DNA of 64,000 bases from Kudoa neothunni (GCA_964304625.1 OZ199838.1:2417329-2481328), one strand, 5' to 3'. Positions 1 through 15,329 are shown, counted from the first letter of the stretch. Made by a program: numbers and translations. The notes: generated by a model from the letters alone, not told the origin.

Positions 1-94
1 ATTACAATCGATAAAGAATGATGTTTAAAAAAAATTTAATTTGACAGCTTCTTTAAATCAATTTTAAACATAATATTTCTTTTAATGTTTTAAA

Positions 95-148
95 GGAACG
101 TCCCTATGCGAAATTTTCCCCAAGCAACGCTGAGCAGTTCGCGCTAGT
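95..148 (+). mobile_element. Probable Helitron-like 3' terminus
   Basis: ccccaagcaacgctgagcagttcgcgCTAG|T is a GC-rich degenerate hairpin followed by CTAG-T, the usual Helitron 3' end layout. No 5' end or Rep/helicase is visible. Confidence 0.4.
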
Positions 149-2324
149 ATCTAAAAATATGGCAAACGAACAATTTGATTATCGCATTAAATATATTACT
201 CGTGGTTTGATGTGTTTATGAATAACAAATACCAATCCCGCGATAAATATTTGTTTTACCTTACTAAATTAACTAGTTATCCATGTAATAGATATCGAAA
301 CATTTGAGAAAATTAATTAAAATTTTACCGACCAATACTATGATCAATAAATTTTAGAGAAATAAAACTTTTTGTATTGACCAAAAATCTTAGCGTAATC
401 TCATTAGAATACAACAAACGTCTAAAACAATTGAAATTTAAAATGTGGTATCGGTGCAACCCTAATTAAAACACAAGATAATACAACGATTGGGTAGCGT
501 AAGGCCCCAATCATTCCATGCGAATTGATCTGTAATTATTGAATAATCGCGAGGTTCAAAAACTTTATGATAAGATCATAAATAAATAATAAATGATGAA
601 TATTTAAAATATTCAGTTTAGCTATATATTTGATGGTTATTTTATAATATCGCGTGATTTTAAATTAAAATCGAAAAGCAAATTCAACACAAATAAAGAT
701 GCCAACAAGTTTTAATCAGAAGTTTAATAGACATTAAATGATATGAAACAGTATGAAATCCGCATGATTTTAAATGCTCTTTTGATCCACTTATAAATTG
801 CTTAAGGTGTCATTTTTGTTTCTTTCCTTTGAAAATTTTTTTACCCATCATGCTTGATCCCAACGATCCTTTAGACGTTGATGAGCGTTCGGAAGGAGCA
901 ACCTTATTAAAAAATTATTAAACCATAAATGTGTAACATTTTTTTTACATTTTCTTCATTTAAACTGTTTTGACCAGAAGACTCATGGTCTGCTTTACTG
1001 ATGATACAAGTTTCTACTAAAAAATCAACTATTATTTTAGATCGTGGTTTCATAGTTTGATACCAGCAAGGTCAGGATTTTTCTCATAGGCTGCCCACAC
1101 CTTAAAAACATGTGTGTATTCTTTAAGATATTTGTTCGTAAATCTATCTATGTCAAGACATCTCGCCAAAGCTTGATTCTTGTAACTTAAAGTATTATAC
1201 ACTTGGCACTCATAAGCGGTTTGTTGGTCGTCAGATGCTTGAATGAATGGCATATTAAAAAATTCAATGGTTCTTTTTAGTTTAGTAGCCATACTTTGTC
1301 GATTGATCGGATTTAATTAAACTGATGAAAAGATATACATTCACACTGGTGATTAATATTCCATGATAATAATTCAGCAGAAATTATTAGTCCGTATCAT
1401 TTTAATCTTAAATGGATTTTGCGTTTTCGAAATGGCGACATCTCATATTCAAAGTTTCTATTTATTTCTTTAATAGTTAATTATGTTGATTACTCGAGGC
1501 TGGATTATCTATATCTCAAAAAACATCAGAAAAAGGAAGCAACAATTATTCTTTGTCAAAACTATACACACAATACATACCAATTTGCACTGGTCAATTT
1601 GTTATTTCACAACTAATTATGGCGATATAGTTTGGTTGGAATGACCATTATAAAACGATCTGATTTCGAAATATAGCCACCGAATCAAATAGATATGGGT
1701 TTAAGATGAAATAAGAAAACAAATCTGTAATATTGAAGAAGAATATTTATTATGGAGATAATTCTTACGATCCCAAAAATTAATTATTTCGTTAGGACGA
1801 TTAAACAAACAAGAAGTTTTATTTTTTACAAGTTATAAACTAGATTAATTCATTAGACTGTTGCATTATCGCCAGCGAGATCTTCTCCGCTAACGCGTAG
1901 GCACCATAATGAGCCGCACGTAACACCTTGCCTACCTTTCTGATGTAAATTAGTTTCTGGAATAAGCCAATTAAATATCCTCGTTTCGAGGTAACCACAC
2001 CCCAACTCTACCTATTGAACGGTGTTTACCATTCAGAATCCTGCTAATATTATCACGTAATATGATCCAAGAATTCGAACCTCTTATCCGACTCTGCCGA
2101 GGGCAGATTGTTCGGTGATATGGTTGTTGGGCTCAGAATCCGAAACTACCTTATTCGACTCCTGTCACTGATTAGTCTATTGTTTTCGTACGAGTATGTC
2201 TCTATCTCGTAACGGGAGCTGTTGTTAGAATGGAATTATAACATATAATCTCATCTGCAGTTGCGATTAGACCTAACAGATGATGTTAAATTAGAAGTTT
2301 GAATCGTCAGGGATGCATTAACAG

Positions 2325-3657
2325 CAGGGTGGCATAAGGCTCAATAAAATTGGTCATTGTCCAACATATTATTTAAAAAAATTGTCCGCTTCCGACCTTA
2401 GATAATCCATATAGAAACAGTTGGACGTGAGCACAATCTTTAAAAAACCTTAGTACATTTGATTTGATTCAACAACTATTATAATGATCTCGAAGTTATA
2501 ATCTCAGATAAAAACTAACTTCTCAAGATGACATGACTTTAAGCGATGACGGATCTTTTGCAACATTAATTCAGCCGTTGAGGCATGTCTTTTACATTCC
2601 GCAGAACTCATTGGAATAGAATAAATTGACCTCGCAAGATGCTTGAGGTTGGAATGAGCGCGATAAATTAGGAGATCATCATATATTTCCGAAACAGATT
2701 CGTTTAAATCATTTCGTATTTCTCTCCTATACGTGCGATGTTCGACGAAAGCAACAAAGTATCAATAGTAACCGTGAGTCTTCTTTTTTGACAAAGGCTA
2801 CGTTAACGTATAATGGAATCAGCTAAGGCATTATTAACTTATACAGTTAAATGTTTAATTAAAAAAAATCTAAAATTGTGGAAAATATATCTATAACTGC
2901 ATTTTTAACTTCGTCATTATGTGTAATCCACTTTAAAATTCAAATTTTTGATAATTAGAATGAAGGACAAGTGCAATCCAATGTGCCGGTGTTAATTTAG
3001 AAACGAATTTACGTTATAAACTCTCTAAAAATTTTAATGAAAACTCATCTACTTCGATCGGTCAAGAATGTGTCAAATAAATCAATTCAATATACTTTGG
3101 CATAGCCATCCTTTCACTCCATGCCTCAAAAACATTCATTTTTTTGATAAAGCGATCCATATTCCAACCTCAGATAAAATATTTGTTTTAATCCAAGCTG
3201 ACCTGCAGTCGTTTCTTTCAACTGGTTCTTGTAGTCAGTGCTATGTTTAACTTTAGGCTTCGTAACCTGTTCACCACTCATCTGTCTGTCTGTTTGAATT
3301 GGACATTAATGAAATTTTGAATTATTTATACCAATTTAGAATTCTCAGAGTTTATAAGGGCAAAAGTTTGATAGCATATTTAAATATAGTGTGAGATTTG
3401 TAAATGCAATCGTTCTATTTAATGAGTGAGGTATTTTCCCGGAGATGGAGATCGACAGCGTTTGTGTTCTCAACTAACCCATATTCTTTTCAGCAAAAAA
3501 CTTCTGTAAATCGTTTAAATTTTATTAATTTTGAATTTTAATCTAATTAATCGGAACATTTAGGCCTGACATTATTTCCGCGTGTCTTAATGTGTTCGAC
3601 TAGCTTTTGTCCTAATTCAAATTAATGTTGTCCGACGTCGGAAAGTGTGCCACCTTG
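2325..3657. mobile_element. Non-autonomous hAT element
   Basis: TIRs cagggtggca / tgccaccttg (9/10). Perfect 8-bp TSD attaacag at 2317-2324 and 3658-3665. A minus-strand remnant near 3200-3245 (STDYKNQLKETT) resembles the hAT C-terminal motif. Confidence 0.8.
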
Positions 3658-6600
3658 ATTAACAGGCATGAAATCTCTCTAGATCGAAAATCCTTAAGGA
3701 ATTATGGATAAGGTTAAGGACGGTCGTTGTTCAGAAAGGGGGAAGTTCTGCGGCACCTACAGTATTAATGAGGATAGTCCAATCAACCAAAACTCCGTAA
3801 CCTCTTGTTCTTGATTTGAGGAGGGGTTTGATTTTGTAAAAAAAACTTATCCGATTCTCCTCTTTGTATAAAACTATAAACTATGGTTTATAAACACTTA
3901 ATAGTTAGTCCATAAACGATAGTTTACGTTGTAGAAAAGATTTACAGTTAAGAAACAATGATTTTATTTAGATAGGGGATGGGACTTGTAAGCGCCGGGT
4001 TACAATCTCATAGTTATACAACGAGCGTCACCAATTATAACTCTATCTGGGTTAGGTTATTATGAAGAAAAACATATTTGACCAAATAATTCTGATAAAA
4101 TGATTCTTTTAATACTTAATTATTTTAAAACATTTTTTAGTATTTCAGGGGTATGATAGGAAAAATAAGATAAATAGCTTTTGGAGAAGTATCAACAAAA
4201 ACGTACATTTTAATTACGTCTATATTAATAAGCAATTACCATCTTTATCAATTTGTCACCTTCTAGAGCCTGTTTTGGTCAAATTAGAACATCATGTGAA
4301 CGATTTTCACGTGTAATCGATTTTCCCATTACTTCCGTGAGTATAATAAAAAGTGATATAAAATATTTCGAACTTATTATATGTTATTCCACAGACAATG
4401 TAAAGAATAGACTGACTAATTTTCTCATTGTTTTTATGTAGAGATTATTGAATTAGGCAGTTTATAGTGACTTAATGTCAGTTCTTCGCAATAATGCTAA
4501 TATGTTTAAAGTAAACGTTATCCAAAAAATTAAATAAAGTTTATTTTTACGGTTTTTCAGTCTTCATAGCTTGTGTAGAGCTGTATATTATCCTTAATTC
4601 ATATTATTCGTCATCCCCTCAAAAAATTCTAATACTCTCGTCGCAATTTAATGATTATTCGTGTTTTTAACATTAAATTTAACGTAAACCGATAAATAAT
4701 TTTAATATAAAAAAAATACGAAAGCCTTATTTGTAAATGTTACTCAATATTAGTCTGGCTTTTAAAATATCTTAAGGAGCAATTAGAAGCAATACCTATT
4801 AAAATTAATCGAATTTTATAAGAAGCTTGCCATTAATACTCGATGACCTGATGAAATAACACGACGAGCCGTATTATGCCAATCCCTGCTTTAAAATTGT
4901 TCCGTAAATCCACCCCATAAAAATGATGATTGATCAACAATCCTAATCTCCTTGAAACGGGATAAATTTAATATAATGTAAGCAGAATAAAACTATCAGC
5001 TATTAGAATATGAATGTATGTTCATTATTTATCAGTCTGAAATTGATGAACTCGACATAAATATTACAAATAGTTTAATTTTTACCAAAATTTTTCAGGA
5101 AATATAGTTTAGAAAAGTTTCATCTCATGATTTCAGTAGGCACTGATTTATTTGTATGTGTGATAATTTCATTTGAAAATATCCGAAGAGGATTACACAG
5201 AAATTAATTTTTAGCATATTTTATTTCCATCATGCATGGAAAATCAGATTTCAGCAAATTATAGCTTTGTTTGAAATACTAATCACACAGAATGATGTAC
5301 ATGTTATCTCTATTGACCGTCATTTTCCCGTAATGGTAAAATTTTTTAACTTTTAATTATCCAAGCAATCTAGAAAATATCAAAAAGAATCAGGCTTGAT
5401 GGATTCACAAATAGTTTGTAAGACTAGATTCTTTGAATGGATTCATTCTAGGAATACAAAGATCGTATTATTGAATTAGTATAGACAACAAGATAAATTA
5501 TTTTTCGCGCATCAAAATAACGATATCTGGTTATTATCTGTAGATATTAACAGATGTGTAAATTTATTAATAGAAATGATTTGTTTTTTTTTCACAATTC
5601 ATCATTAATCGAAACATAGAATAATTCTTGTGATTTGTTTTAAAGATAGTAAAATGAAATCTTGTTGCATATTTTATTATGCATGTCGATAATATGCTTT
5701 GTGGAATCTTTCGACGTATACTTGGAAAGTTTTGTGGCAAGTTTTTTGTGTTTTTTTATTCTTGAGCGTAAATTTTTCTAAACTAAACTCAGAAAAATAA
5801 TGACAACTTTTATACCGAACAATTTGGACGGGAGGATGTATTGTTAAGTTCAATGGAAATGCGGTAGTATTTTCTCCATAATCTTTCGGATATCAAAATC
5901 TATTTGTTTACATTAATAGTTATAAAAATAGTTGGATAAGATTTATAGTCAATTGTTACATTTTTTCTAGCTTGGGCCAAAAGTTCGCTGACTTCGTCCA
6001 GGTCACTTAAAATTTTACGTATCGGTTGTCGTCCATCTTTTCTAGGAGGTTTTCCTTGATACACATTCATTATGTGATCTTCTACAGCGCCAAGTATTTT
6101 TAAATGTTTCTATTCCAAAATAAATTCAATTTTTTTTCTATAAACTAATTCACATCAATATGTTTCACCATTCGATCCACATATCGTTTATTGCTTATAG
6201 GTACATAGCGGACCATTGTTATGAGTGAAGTAGCGCAATGAATGAGTTTTGTATAAAAGCGAGGCGATAGCTGTTGTGTAGCGTTTTTATCCTGTAAACA
6301 TTTTAGTATGTCTAAAAGGATTTAGAGAATTTTAGAAAAATATTTTTCAAACTCTGCGACGTTTGAGAGAGATTCAGATCGTCCCTACAATAACGGTATA
6401 TAAACACTAACTGGTTATTGATCTACATGAAAGGATCATTTTTTAATGATTTATAATTGTTGATGACGCAATCTTTGAACTTTTTTGTGGAGATTGTTGG
6501 AGAGAAACAACCCCAATGATCATCAATATTTTTCCCTTCAACGAACATGGGGTTGTGTTTTGAATACGACTCTGAATTATACGGTTGAATAGCTGGTTTT

Positions 6601-8723
6601 CTTTTATATTTTTTATTTTTTTTCTCATTGAGCTCATCACACAATAAATTATCAACAATTTTAGGGGATTCCAATGGTAACGTGTCGACACGAATATTTT
6701 GGTCTACATGTCTTTTATATTTCTTTGAATGGCTAAAAACAATAATCATATAGTCTAAATAACACAAATATTAATTAATTTTCTCACTGATTAAATCACG
6801 TGATGTCATTTTATTTATTTAAATATTTCTGCATGTTAAATTTTGATAATAAATAAATGTCCCTATAACACTACGCTAACGTTTTTATGATATAAAAACT
6901 TGAATTCATTTAATGTAAACAAAATTAAGAAACTTAAAAATTATAGCCAAGCTCCTCCAGCATTAAATATTTATATAATATTTTTTAATTTAAGGTGATT
7001 ACCCATGTGGTTTTATTCGCGGAACATCCAAGTTGGATATTGTGTAGAGTTGGTTATTGACGGATTCAATTATTTTTAGATCTCCCAATTCTCTTTGAAT
7101 GAAAACTAGGTCGTCATTTATTCTAAAAAAATACTCGAATTTAATTAGAAAAGACTTTATCACTTGTTCATATCTCTAATGAGTCGTCGAAGAAAATCAT
7201 GAGATTTTGGATCCAATTTTAAACTCTTATAAAAATTATATGACCACTTTAAATCCTATTAAATTTTGAATACTTGATCAATTTCATAGTAATCTGAAAG
7301 AAAGACTTTTTTTAGTTTTTTTAAGTCCATCTAAAAACAAACTGTCAACCCACAGCGTTACCCTAACTGCCGTCCTTCTGTTGGTAACAACTCCAGCCCT
7401 AGTTTAAAATATCCAATACACTATGTGAAAACGTTCGGTATCAAAATGTTGTCAAAATGTATAGGTTTGTTCCGAAGTTCCATCACAATAAACACATTAA
7501 TTATTTAAGTTTCCACTTAAAAATCCTCATTGAGTTCCCATTATGATGAATAGCAAAATACTAAAATCTCGTTAATGTTACTATTGGTTACTATTGATTT
7601 ACCAAATTAAGCACTTTTTGCAATAACCAAGCAACCTATGTGAATTCAAGGTGATAGTAAGATAGAATCATTATTTTGAGTTCGACGAAATACCATATCA
7701 AGATTTAAAGTGGCTGAATTTATTTAACAAATTAACCAATTTTAAACCGCAAATTTTTTTTATCAAAAGTCCTCAGAGGTTCCAATCCTTATTAAAAGCC
7801 TCATATAGCTTAGATAACCTGTGGTTATTGATTCAGATTCAACTCTCAAATGCTCAATAAAGCTTTATGAGAACATTTTATTGATTAATAATTATTAACC
7901 TATTGTACTGATTTTTATATAAATATTTATTTCTACCAGTTTACTGCAATAAATTTTCTGTAGGGTTCAAATATTTTTTTTCTTTATTGGTGGTCATACG
8001 ATGAAAAAAGCGTTAAATACTAATATTCTTCTCTACAATCCGAATTCATCAATAAGTAGAAAGAATCTCCAATACAGAACCATCTTAGAAACAACTAAAT
8101 TCAGTGTATCCAATTTGATCTTTATTGCAAACGTAATAACGTTCGTTTTATTACATGACACAAAATATACTAATATCTGATTGAATAGGCGATAATAATT
8201 ATCCCTTAAGTTGGGATATTTCGAAAAAATAGAATTACCACACGACTCCCAATTTAACCGCCTCAACGCTAATAATGCCATATGACATAAAGTTTCTATT
8301 ATTATGTCTTTACTCCTTTCATAACCCAATTTTAATTTTTCCTTAAAAAAATATTTTTTTTCTAATATACAATCGGATTTCCTTTATCCGAAAACCGCGT
8401 TATCTAAACGATTTTTTAATTTATTTGAAAATGATATATATTCTAAATTAAAATAATTTTGTTCAGCCGAAACAACTTTTTGAATATAAATACATTGAAA
8501 CCTGGATTAGCGCCTGATTAAAATGCCATGTGGGTTAATTTTTATGATGTCTTTTATTCGTCATTTATAAAATTTAGGTTTCTAGTCGATTACTAGAAAC
8601 AATGTGATGTAAAAAAAATGATATCTTAAACCAAAAATGCAACCATATCGATAGTGAAAACAATAGCTGGGAAAAGACAAATGACTTGTGTACATTTTCA
8701 TGATAAATTTTAACCCTCTAAAC

Positions 8724-9100
8724 CAGCAGTTCTTACCCCGGAGGTTCGTGAATAATTTCATTAAAAGCTGAATCCAATTTTATCATCATACATTAATTGT
8801 ATTTGGGAATTTTTTAATATCAACGAAATTATTAAAATTTTCAAATACACCCTTGCGCTATTGTTTCTTAGAAATATTTTATGATTGTTACAAAATTTCC
8901 TTATGTTATATGTACTTTGTAAAAAATCTATAAAACCAAAAGTCATTCAGTAGGTTATTTGATAAAAACTAAACATATTCAAAAAAATATTGCTTAATGT
9001 TGCAGACTATGAAATTTAAGTGATTATTCCTTTTTACAACAAGCTATAATCGCAAAACTAGATTTCCATGCTGATAACCATAAAAAAAGCACAAAATCGC
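8724..9100 (+). mobile_element. Truncated hAT/Charlie-like element (family shared with 43917)
   Basis: Starts cagcagttcttaccc and is colinear for about 370 bp with 43917-44333. It follows ttaa-ccctctaaa (8710-8722), the left end of the piggyBac MITE family seen at 20505. Confidence 0.65.
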
Positions 9101-10779
9101 ATATATATATATATATATATATAATGTTGCTCTTTCAAATACTTTGTGAGACTTCTGATAACTCATTGAAAAAAGAAACTACTAAAATCTCATTAAATAT
9201 CCTTTAAATGTCTATTATTTATATAAAACATAGGGTTTTGCATTAATCTCGCATTATATTTCATAATAATTTCTCCTTTGTTAATTCTTTATTTTAATGG
9301 GCACAATAATTAACTAAAATAGAGATTTTTCATATCAAAAATATTTTAAATTATTATAAAACAATTTTTTCACTTGGAAATTTTTTATGGAATTACTACT
9401 AATATGATATATAATATTAAATAAATTTCATTTAATTTTTTATGTTTAAATATTATTTTTCCTTTATTTATATTTGGTTAGAATTTTAATAATATAAAAA
9501 AATACAGAAAAGACCTTTTATGTTTGTAATTTTTCGTTTTAATACCGAAAATAGTTCATGTCTTGGTTATTAAAATGTTCAATATATATTTCAAAACAAA
9601 ACCACCACATAATTAATTTACACAATAAATATTTTATAAAATTGCTGATATTAGATAGATAATTTAACCCTTCTGATCCTAAAATTTTTCGTTTGCATCG
9701 AGAAATTTTTAAATTAAACTAATAATAAAATTCAACAATAATTTAAAATCTTTCTTAATCTGTCAACTAAAATGACAATGAAGACGAAAGGATTAAAATA
9801 TTTCCATGTATGGTTGGAATGTGCATTAGAACAGTGTTTCCTCTACAAATTTTCCACCCGTTCCCCCACCTAATTTCCGCGTTCACTTCGCATCCCCTCC
9901 CCCATGTGAATGTCAAGACTCAAATTGAGTCACTCAATTATACTTTTTATTTAAATGCGAAAATAATAATACCAACGAAAAATATCTTAAAATTATAATT
10001 TTGATTATTTTAGTTTATATTTTAACTCACAAATTTTCTCGTTACTTCTAAAATAAATTAAAACTAAAATGTTTTGGTTAACTCAATTCTGCTATGCATA
10101 ATTGAAAAAAAGATGAACATTATCCTTTCACTACTCCTGACTTAATACTCCAATGATTGGAGCCATTATTTATTCCAGTTTACATACACCATTTTTATGT
10201 AAAGTAATAAATTATGTTATTATAATTATTCCAAAATATAAGATGTAAAAATCAATATAAATGCAAAACTAAACTATAAAAAGTAATGGTTGCCTAAATA
10301 AGTTCTATATTTAAAGGTGAAAATTAAATGAGCCCAATATAAATAGCCAATTCATATAGTTCACCAAGAAATATTATTTCAAAATCAATTGTAATTTAGT
10401 ATTTATTTGATCTTGCGACTCTCTTGCTATCGCCGGTTTTTCATAAGTAATTCAAAGCAGAACATTTTGTTAGGACTATGAAACATGAAAATCGTTGTCG
10501 GGATTTAATGAATTCCCAATACTTATTATTTCTATATAATGAGGTCGATAAGCTTGTTTCATATGCTATCTTGTTCTGAATAATCTAGCGACTTCCTTAT
10601 TCTATATTGAGTCATATTTAACTTAAATTTGGAGGCAATGGGTTAATAAAAATTCAATAGATTCAAAAAATAAGCTTTCTAAATATATTTGAATAAAAGA
10701 ACTAATATATATTGTTAAAATTGGCATTCACTTATTTATGTGTATAAAATGAATGCTTTGAATCCTTGTTTTATCTATA

Positions 10780-12782
10780 TTTTAAAGAACAATTAAGTAA
10801 TAACTATGTGATATATTATCGAGAGATTTATATTATTTTGTTTGCTATATTTTTTAAAGACATGGGCTGTAGTACGTTTGAGTGTCACTCGGTATTCTTA
10901 ACCCAGATCAGCGATAAAAAATTATTTTAGTTCATATTTCAACAATATTTCCTTACTGATAACAACACCTCTAACTAATGTCTCATTTTGCCATGAGATA
11001 TTAAGTTTTACACCATTAGCCCATTTAAATTACAATTTTGTAGTTGTTACATATCTGGTGTTAGAGTTAAATAACTATTATTATAACCGTCTTAAAAATA
11101 ATCAGAAAAAATTAAATTATAGAAGAGTATATTCAAGAATTATTTAGATTCCAGAAATGCAACGCAAAACATTCCTTGTAATGGGATAAGATTACAATGC
11201 ACATAAATAATACTTGTCCAATACATGAGAAAAAAGTAATCTAAAAGAAAATTATAATTTTAATCATTTACTTGTGGAACAGCCCAGAGCACTTTGTATG
11301 AATATGAGTTCCACAACTTTTGCAAATATGAACGGTAGTGTTTTTACACACCACACATTCTACGTCATATTTTGTGAGGATGAGACACCAATGTTGGTTT
11401 ATTACATAGATTTGCGTTCTGCAATTTACCCAACAGAGACTTTCGGCTAATTTTGGTTTTTGTGGATGTTACCAAGTCAGTCACTATATTCCGGACATGC
11501 TTCAACTAGTCAATTTGTGTGTTATTTACAATTTATAAATACTCCATGAATTTACTACCTGCCATTGATATCATATTCGTAATAATGAACCAATACCATT
11601 TTTTCCTTTTATGTTAATTATATAACAAGAAATTAAATTATCGGCAATATCTACTCCATCCATTAACTTATTATATGCACATATCATAAATGGCTGACAA
11701 ATAGTAATTTCTTTTTTCTTTGACCTACACTATCTTTTGATGCTTTGAAGAGAGTGAGCGGTGTAGCAATTACTCAATGCGATAACAGGTTTTGTATCAT
11801 TCCATTGAATGCGATGAATACCTTGTTGATCATCAGAAAACATCTCAAATTCTCCCCTTGGTTTTTTTGCCATTACTTTTTGGGGAATAACATGGCAATA
11901 TTGATATTCTGTTCGATCTTAAGGTTCCAGTAGTCTTGATATTTCTTCTTTTGAGCTCTTGTATATAATTTATGAGAAGTAAAAATTATCGAAGAACACA
12001 GTGAGACCTTTTTTATCATAATTTGCTGACTTTCCACTATACACGTCAAAACTATACATATAACCGGAGGATGACGACATAACCCACTGCAACTGCTTGA
12101 AGTCGAATCTAATTGGTTTATTTTTCATAAACATTTTAGCGGAATGCCTACCAGTATAATGTATCAACTGCAACTGCCCATCCACAGATATATATTTTTC
12201 AAATATTCCGAATTTTTTGAAATTTTTGTTGAATTCTTGAATTAAGGGACGTTCCTTGAAAAATCTATCGGTGGTGTCAATAATTGAATTATTATTATTA
12301 GAATGAATGAATGAATTTTTTTATAGATTTGAAGCGTTTGTAGGTCATTGAATTTTTAACGACTTCAACACCAGCGTCTGGATAAGATTCCCAATACATA
12401 GACTGGCGTGCTAATCTATGATAACCAGACAAAATCAAAATGCCAATAAAAGATTTCATTTCACTAATCGTAACATGAAAGTCATGACCGCTATTCTGGT
12501 TCGCATATAAATTAGTTTGTTTCATAATGCGTGTAAATCAATTTTCATTAAATAACTCCGAAAAAGTTCCACAAGAATTTAGGTTCCTTTCAAGTATTGA
12601 TGAAAAATTATCTATATTCCGATTGATTGATTGATATGGTCTCATTCGGACAAAAATTTTGATTTTTCTTGAGTAGAAACGATATTAGTTTTATCAGTCC
12701 ATATCAAGGTACCGTCGTTTATAAAGGATTCAAACGCCTCAGAAAATACTTCAATTTCTCCATACGTCCCAGGAATTAAATT
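10780..12782 (-). pseudogene. piggyBac (PGBD3-like) transposase pseudogene, partial copy
   Basis: Near-identical reverse-complement copy of 36401-38424. Motifs YISVDGQ, KNKPIRF, FFDNF and the C-terminal Cys-rich domain are present, with frameshifts and stops. Confidence 0.92.
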
Positions 12783-13773
12783 TTACTTTGACAATTCTTT
12801 TTTCTCTTTCAAACTACTAAAATCATTGTAGGATAAAAACATAAAGGGGACAGGTATAATTTGTTCTAATAGAACTGAAAAGTGTACATTTACACCCTCA
12901 AATATTTTTTCTAAAAATAAAAGAAGCCAATATGAAGAATTTACTGATGGAAACGGAATTGTTTGTGTTCAATGGAATGGCACAAAGTCAGTCACCGTTA
13001 TTAGCAATTATCTTTTGTGTCATCCATTAATGACAACTAAGAGGTTTTCGAAAATAGGAAAAAAAAACAAATTTCTCTATTCTAGTCGTATATGATTGAC
13101 GTCTATAACAAATACGTAGGTGGTGCAGATCAGACAGACACTAACATCTAACATTGCTAACTATTGCATTTCTATCAGAGGTAAAGATTGGTACTGGGCA
13201 TTATTTGCTAATTCAATATCTATGTGTGTTGTTAACTCGTGGAGAATTATTACTACTTATGGCGTAAACTCCATGGATTTATTACAACACACACGAGAAA
13301 TAACCTCATGTCTAATTCTAATTACGTTACGCGGATCTACTTCGGGTGTTAGACGATCATCTTTAGCAAATAAAATAACAAAAAAAACATGTCCAGATTC
13401 TATTATTACAGATGATCTAACTCGTAAAAGATCGAGGTGTGCAGTGTGTCATAACTCAACTGTATACTATTGTAATGGCTATTCTACTCGATTACATCCA
13501 AAATGTTTTTAAATCTTCCATCAATAAAAAAATAATAATACTTTTCAACATTAAAAATAACATATAGGGTGTTATAATTAAAATATATTGCTCGATTTCT
13601 GCGAATGCGATAGCTGGGGGGTTTTGCGTGTCGTCTACTACACAACCTTAAATCTTGATTTTTCACTCATATAATCAGTTTTTGGTAAAAATATTTTAAT
13701 TATTAATTTACTATGACAATATAACTTTTATTTAGGAAAATAGTCAATTTCTAAAATATGAAACCAGAATGGG
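12781..13773 (+). pseudogene. 3' half of a second piggyBac family with right end
   Basis: Translates FYFDNSF...VQWNGTKSV...YCISIRGKDWYWALF...RSRCAVC...LHPKCF with stops. Ends ccagaatggg-TTAA (TTAA at 13774-13777). Confidence 0.85.
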
Positions 13774-13793
13774 TTAAAAAAGATATCGGCTAT

Positions 13794-14100
13794 TTACCCG
13801 ACCGACATGTTATTAGGCCATTCTATGAAATAACCCCTAAGACTGTAGCGGGGATCCAACTCGTTTTGTCGAACATCTAGGAGCAACAATCCAAAAACAT
13901 TGCGCAATCGATAACTCAAATCGCCAACAACAAAAACCTTACGTTCCAAAGGATCCTCAAGAGTGCCGTTTTGTGTATATTCGCAAACAGGGGCATAAAC
14001 CACCACTGCAACCATCATACGACGACCCTTTCACAGTTATGTCTAGAAGAAGAAAAATTTCGATCAAAAGTCCGCGTGCATCGAAGAAACCGAGAACTGC
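13794..14100 (-). pseudogene. Possible LINE APE-endonuclease fragment
   Basis: VVYAP...VVGDL spacing resembles the APE-type endonuclease motifs YAP and GDFN. GC is locally higher. Confidence 0.35.
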
Positions 14101-14950
14101 TCTCAAACCGATACATCGGATGATAACTAACCCCTCAGAAACAACCTAAAAATGACGATTATGGCAGGACATTAAGTCGCCACCAAAATTCCTTATTTAA
14201 CTTCTCGAATTAATTCTAATTTTATGGGGAAAGTATATGTGGCGAATCACCGAGGATTAATTCATTAATCCGCCCAGTGATTTGACCAAGTTGTTTCAAA
14301 CTGCGTTTCTCTCACTCGCTATAATATACGACTTTATTACTTGCAAAAAATAGTAACATCACGCTTGGAATTTATTCTGAAAGAAACAACTGTTTTTATA
14401 GAAATTATTTTAACCCTGCCGGTACTAGGTACTGACTACTGACACTGGCTGGGGTATTTCAAGACCCCAAATTGACTATTTTGTTTCTATAATGATGTGT
14501 TTTTGGTTATTTACTTTGAAAATTTTCAAGTTCCTATTTTAGGTGCATTTCTTTATGAAAATAAAATTTACAATTCATCGGCTAAAGACTTATGCGTAAA
14601 ATAGGACATAGTATTTCAAATTTCATTACATATTTGTTGTATTATTCTCCAAATCTCATATACTTATTATATATATATGATTTTCTCTCATCAAAATCAA
14701 AATTCTTGATCCAAACAAAAACGCGGACCGTGAAAAGCAATATTTATTTTTGAATATAATCCATGATGAATTAACGATAATTATTCCATTTGCTTTCGCT
14801 TTCGCTTTCGTATATTGGAGAAACAAATTTTTTCTTTTTCTTTAGTTTTGATATGAGTCCTAACAACAATTTAAAGATTGAAAAAAACTCTTTGATTGCT
14901 AGTATAAGAGTTGTAACCAAAATTAACTAATGCGCGATCAACAACACTTC

Positions 14951-15009
14951 GGTATGGCGCCACCGCCTTTTAAGCTATGGCTCACAGGTTTGAACCCCTC
15001 CCACGACCA
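14951..15009 (+). pseudogene. Degenerate tRNA-like / SINE-head remnant
   Basis: B-box-like ggtttgaaccc, a cttttaa loop (TTT, Lys-like) and a terminal cca. The 5' acceptor strand is not recognisable. Confidence 0.3.
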
Positions 15010-15148
15010 TTCATTACATTTATCTGAAAATAAATATCATAATGAAATGTAGTATGCCTTTTTGTTTCATAGAAAATCGATTCACTTGATAATAACACTA
15101 TTCCTAACTTTATTATATCACCGATTATTACCAAGGGAATGTCTACAC

Positions 15149-15329
15149 CAGCGCTTCCCAACTAAAATTGGACTCGCACCCCCATTTTTTGACGAAACGA
15201 AGTTCGCACCTCTTTGCATACGATAAGGTGTAATTGACTTAAAATTTATCGAAAATTATTTTCAATTTTGATCGGATCTCGCACCACCCGAGACCAAAGT
15301 TCGCACCCCCTAAGGTGCGGGCACCCCTG
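15149..15329. mobile_element. hAT/Charlie-type MITE (181 bp)
   Basis: Ends cagcgcttccc / gggcacccctg. Perfect TSD gtctacac (nnnTAnnn) at 15141-15148 and 15330-15337. Internal tcgcacc repeats. A related left end starts at 33318. Confidence 0.85.
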
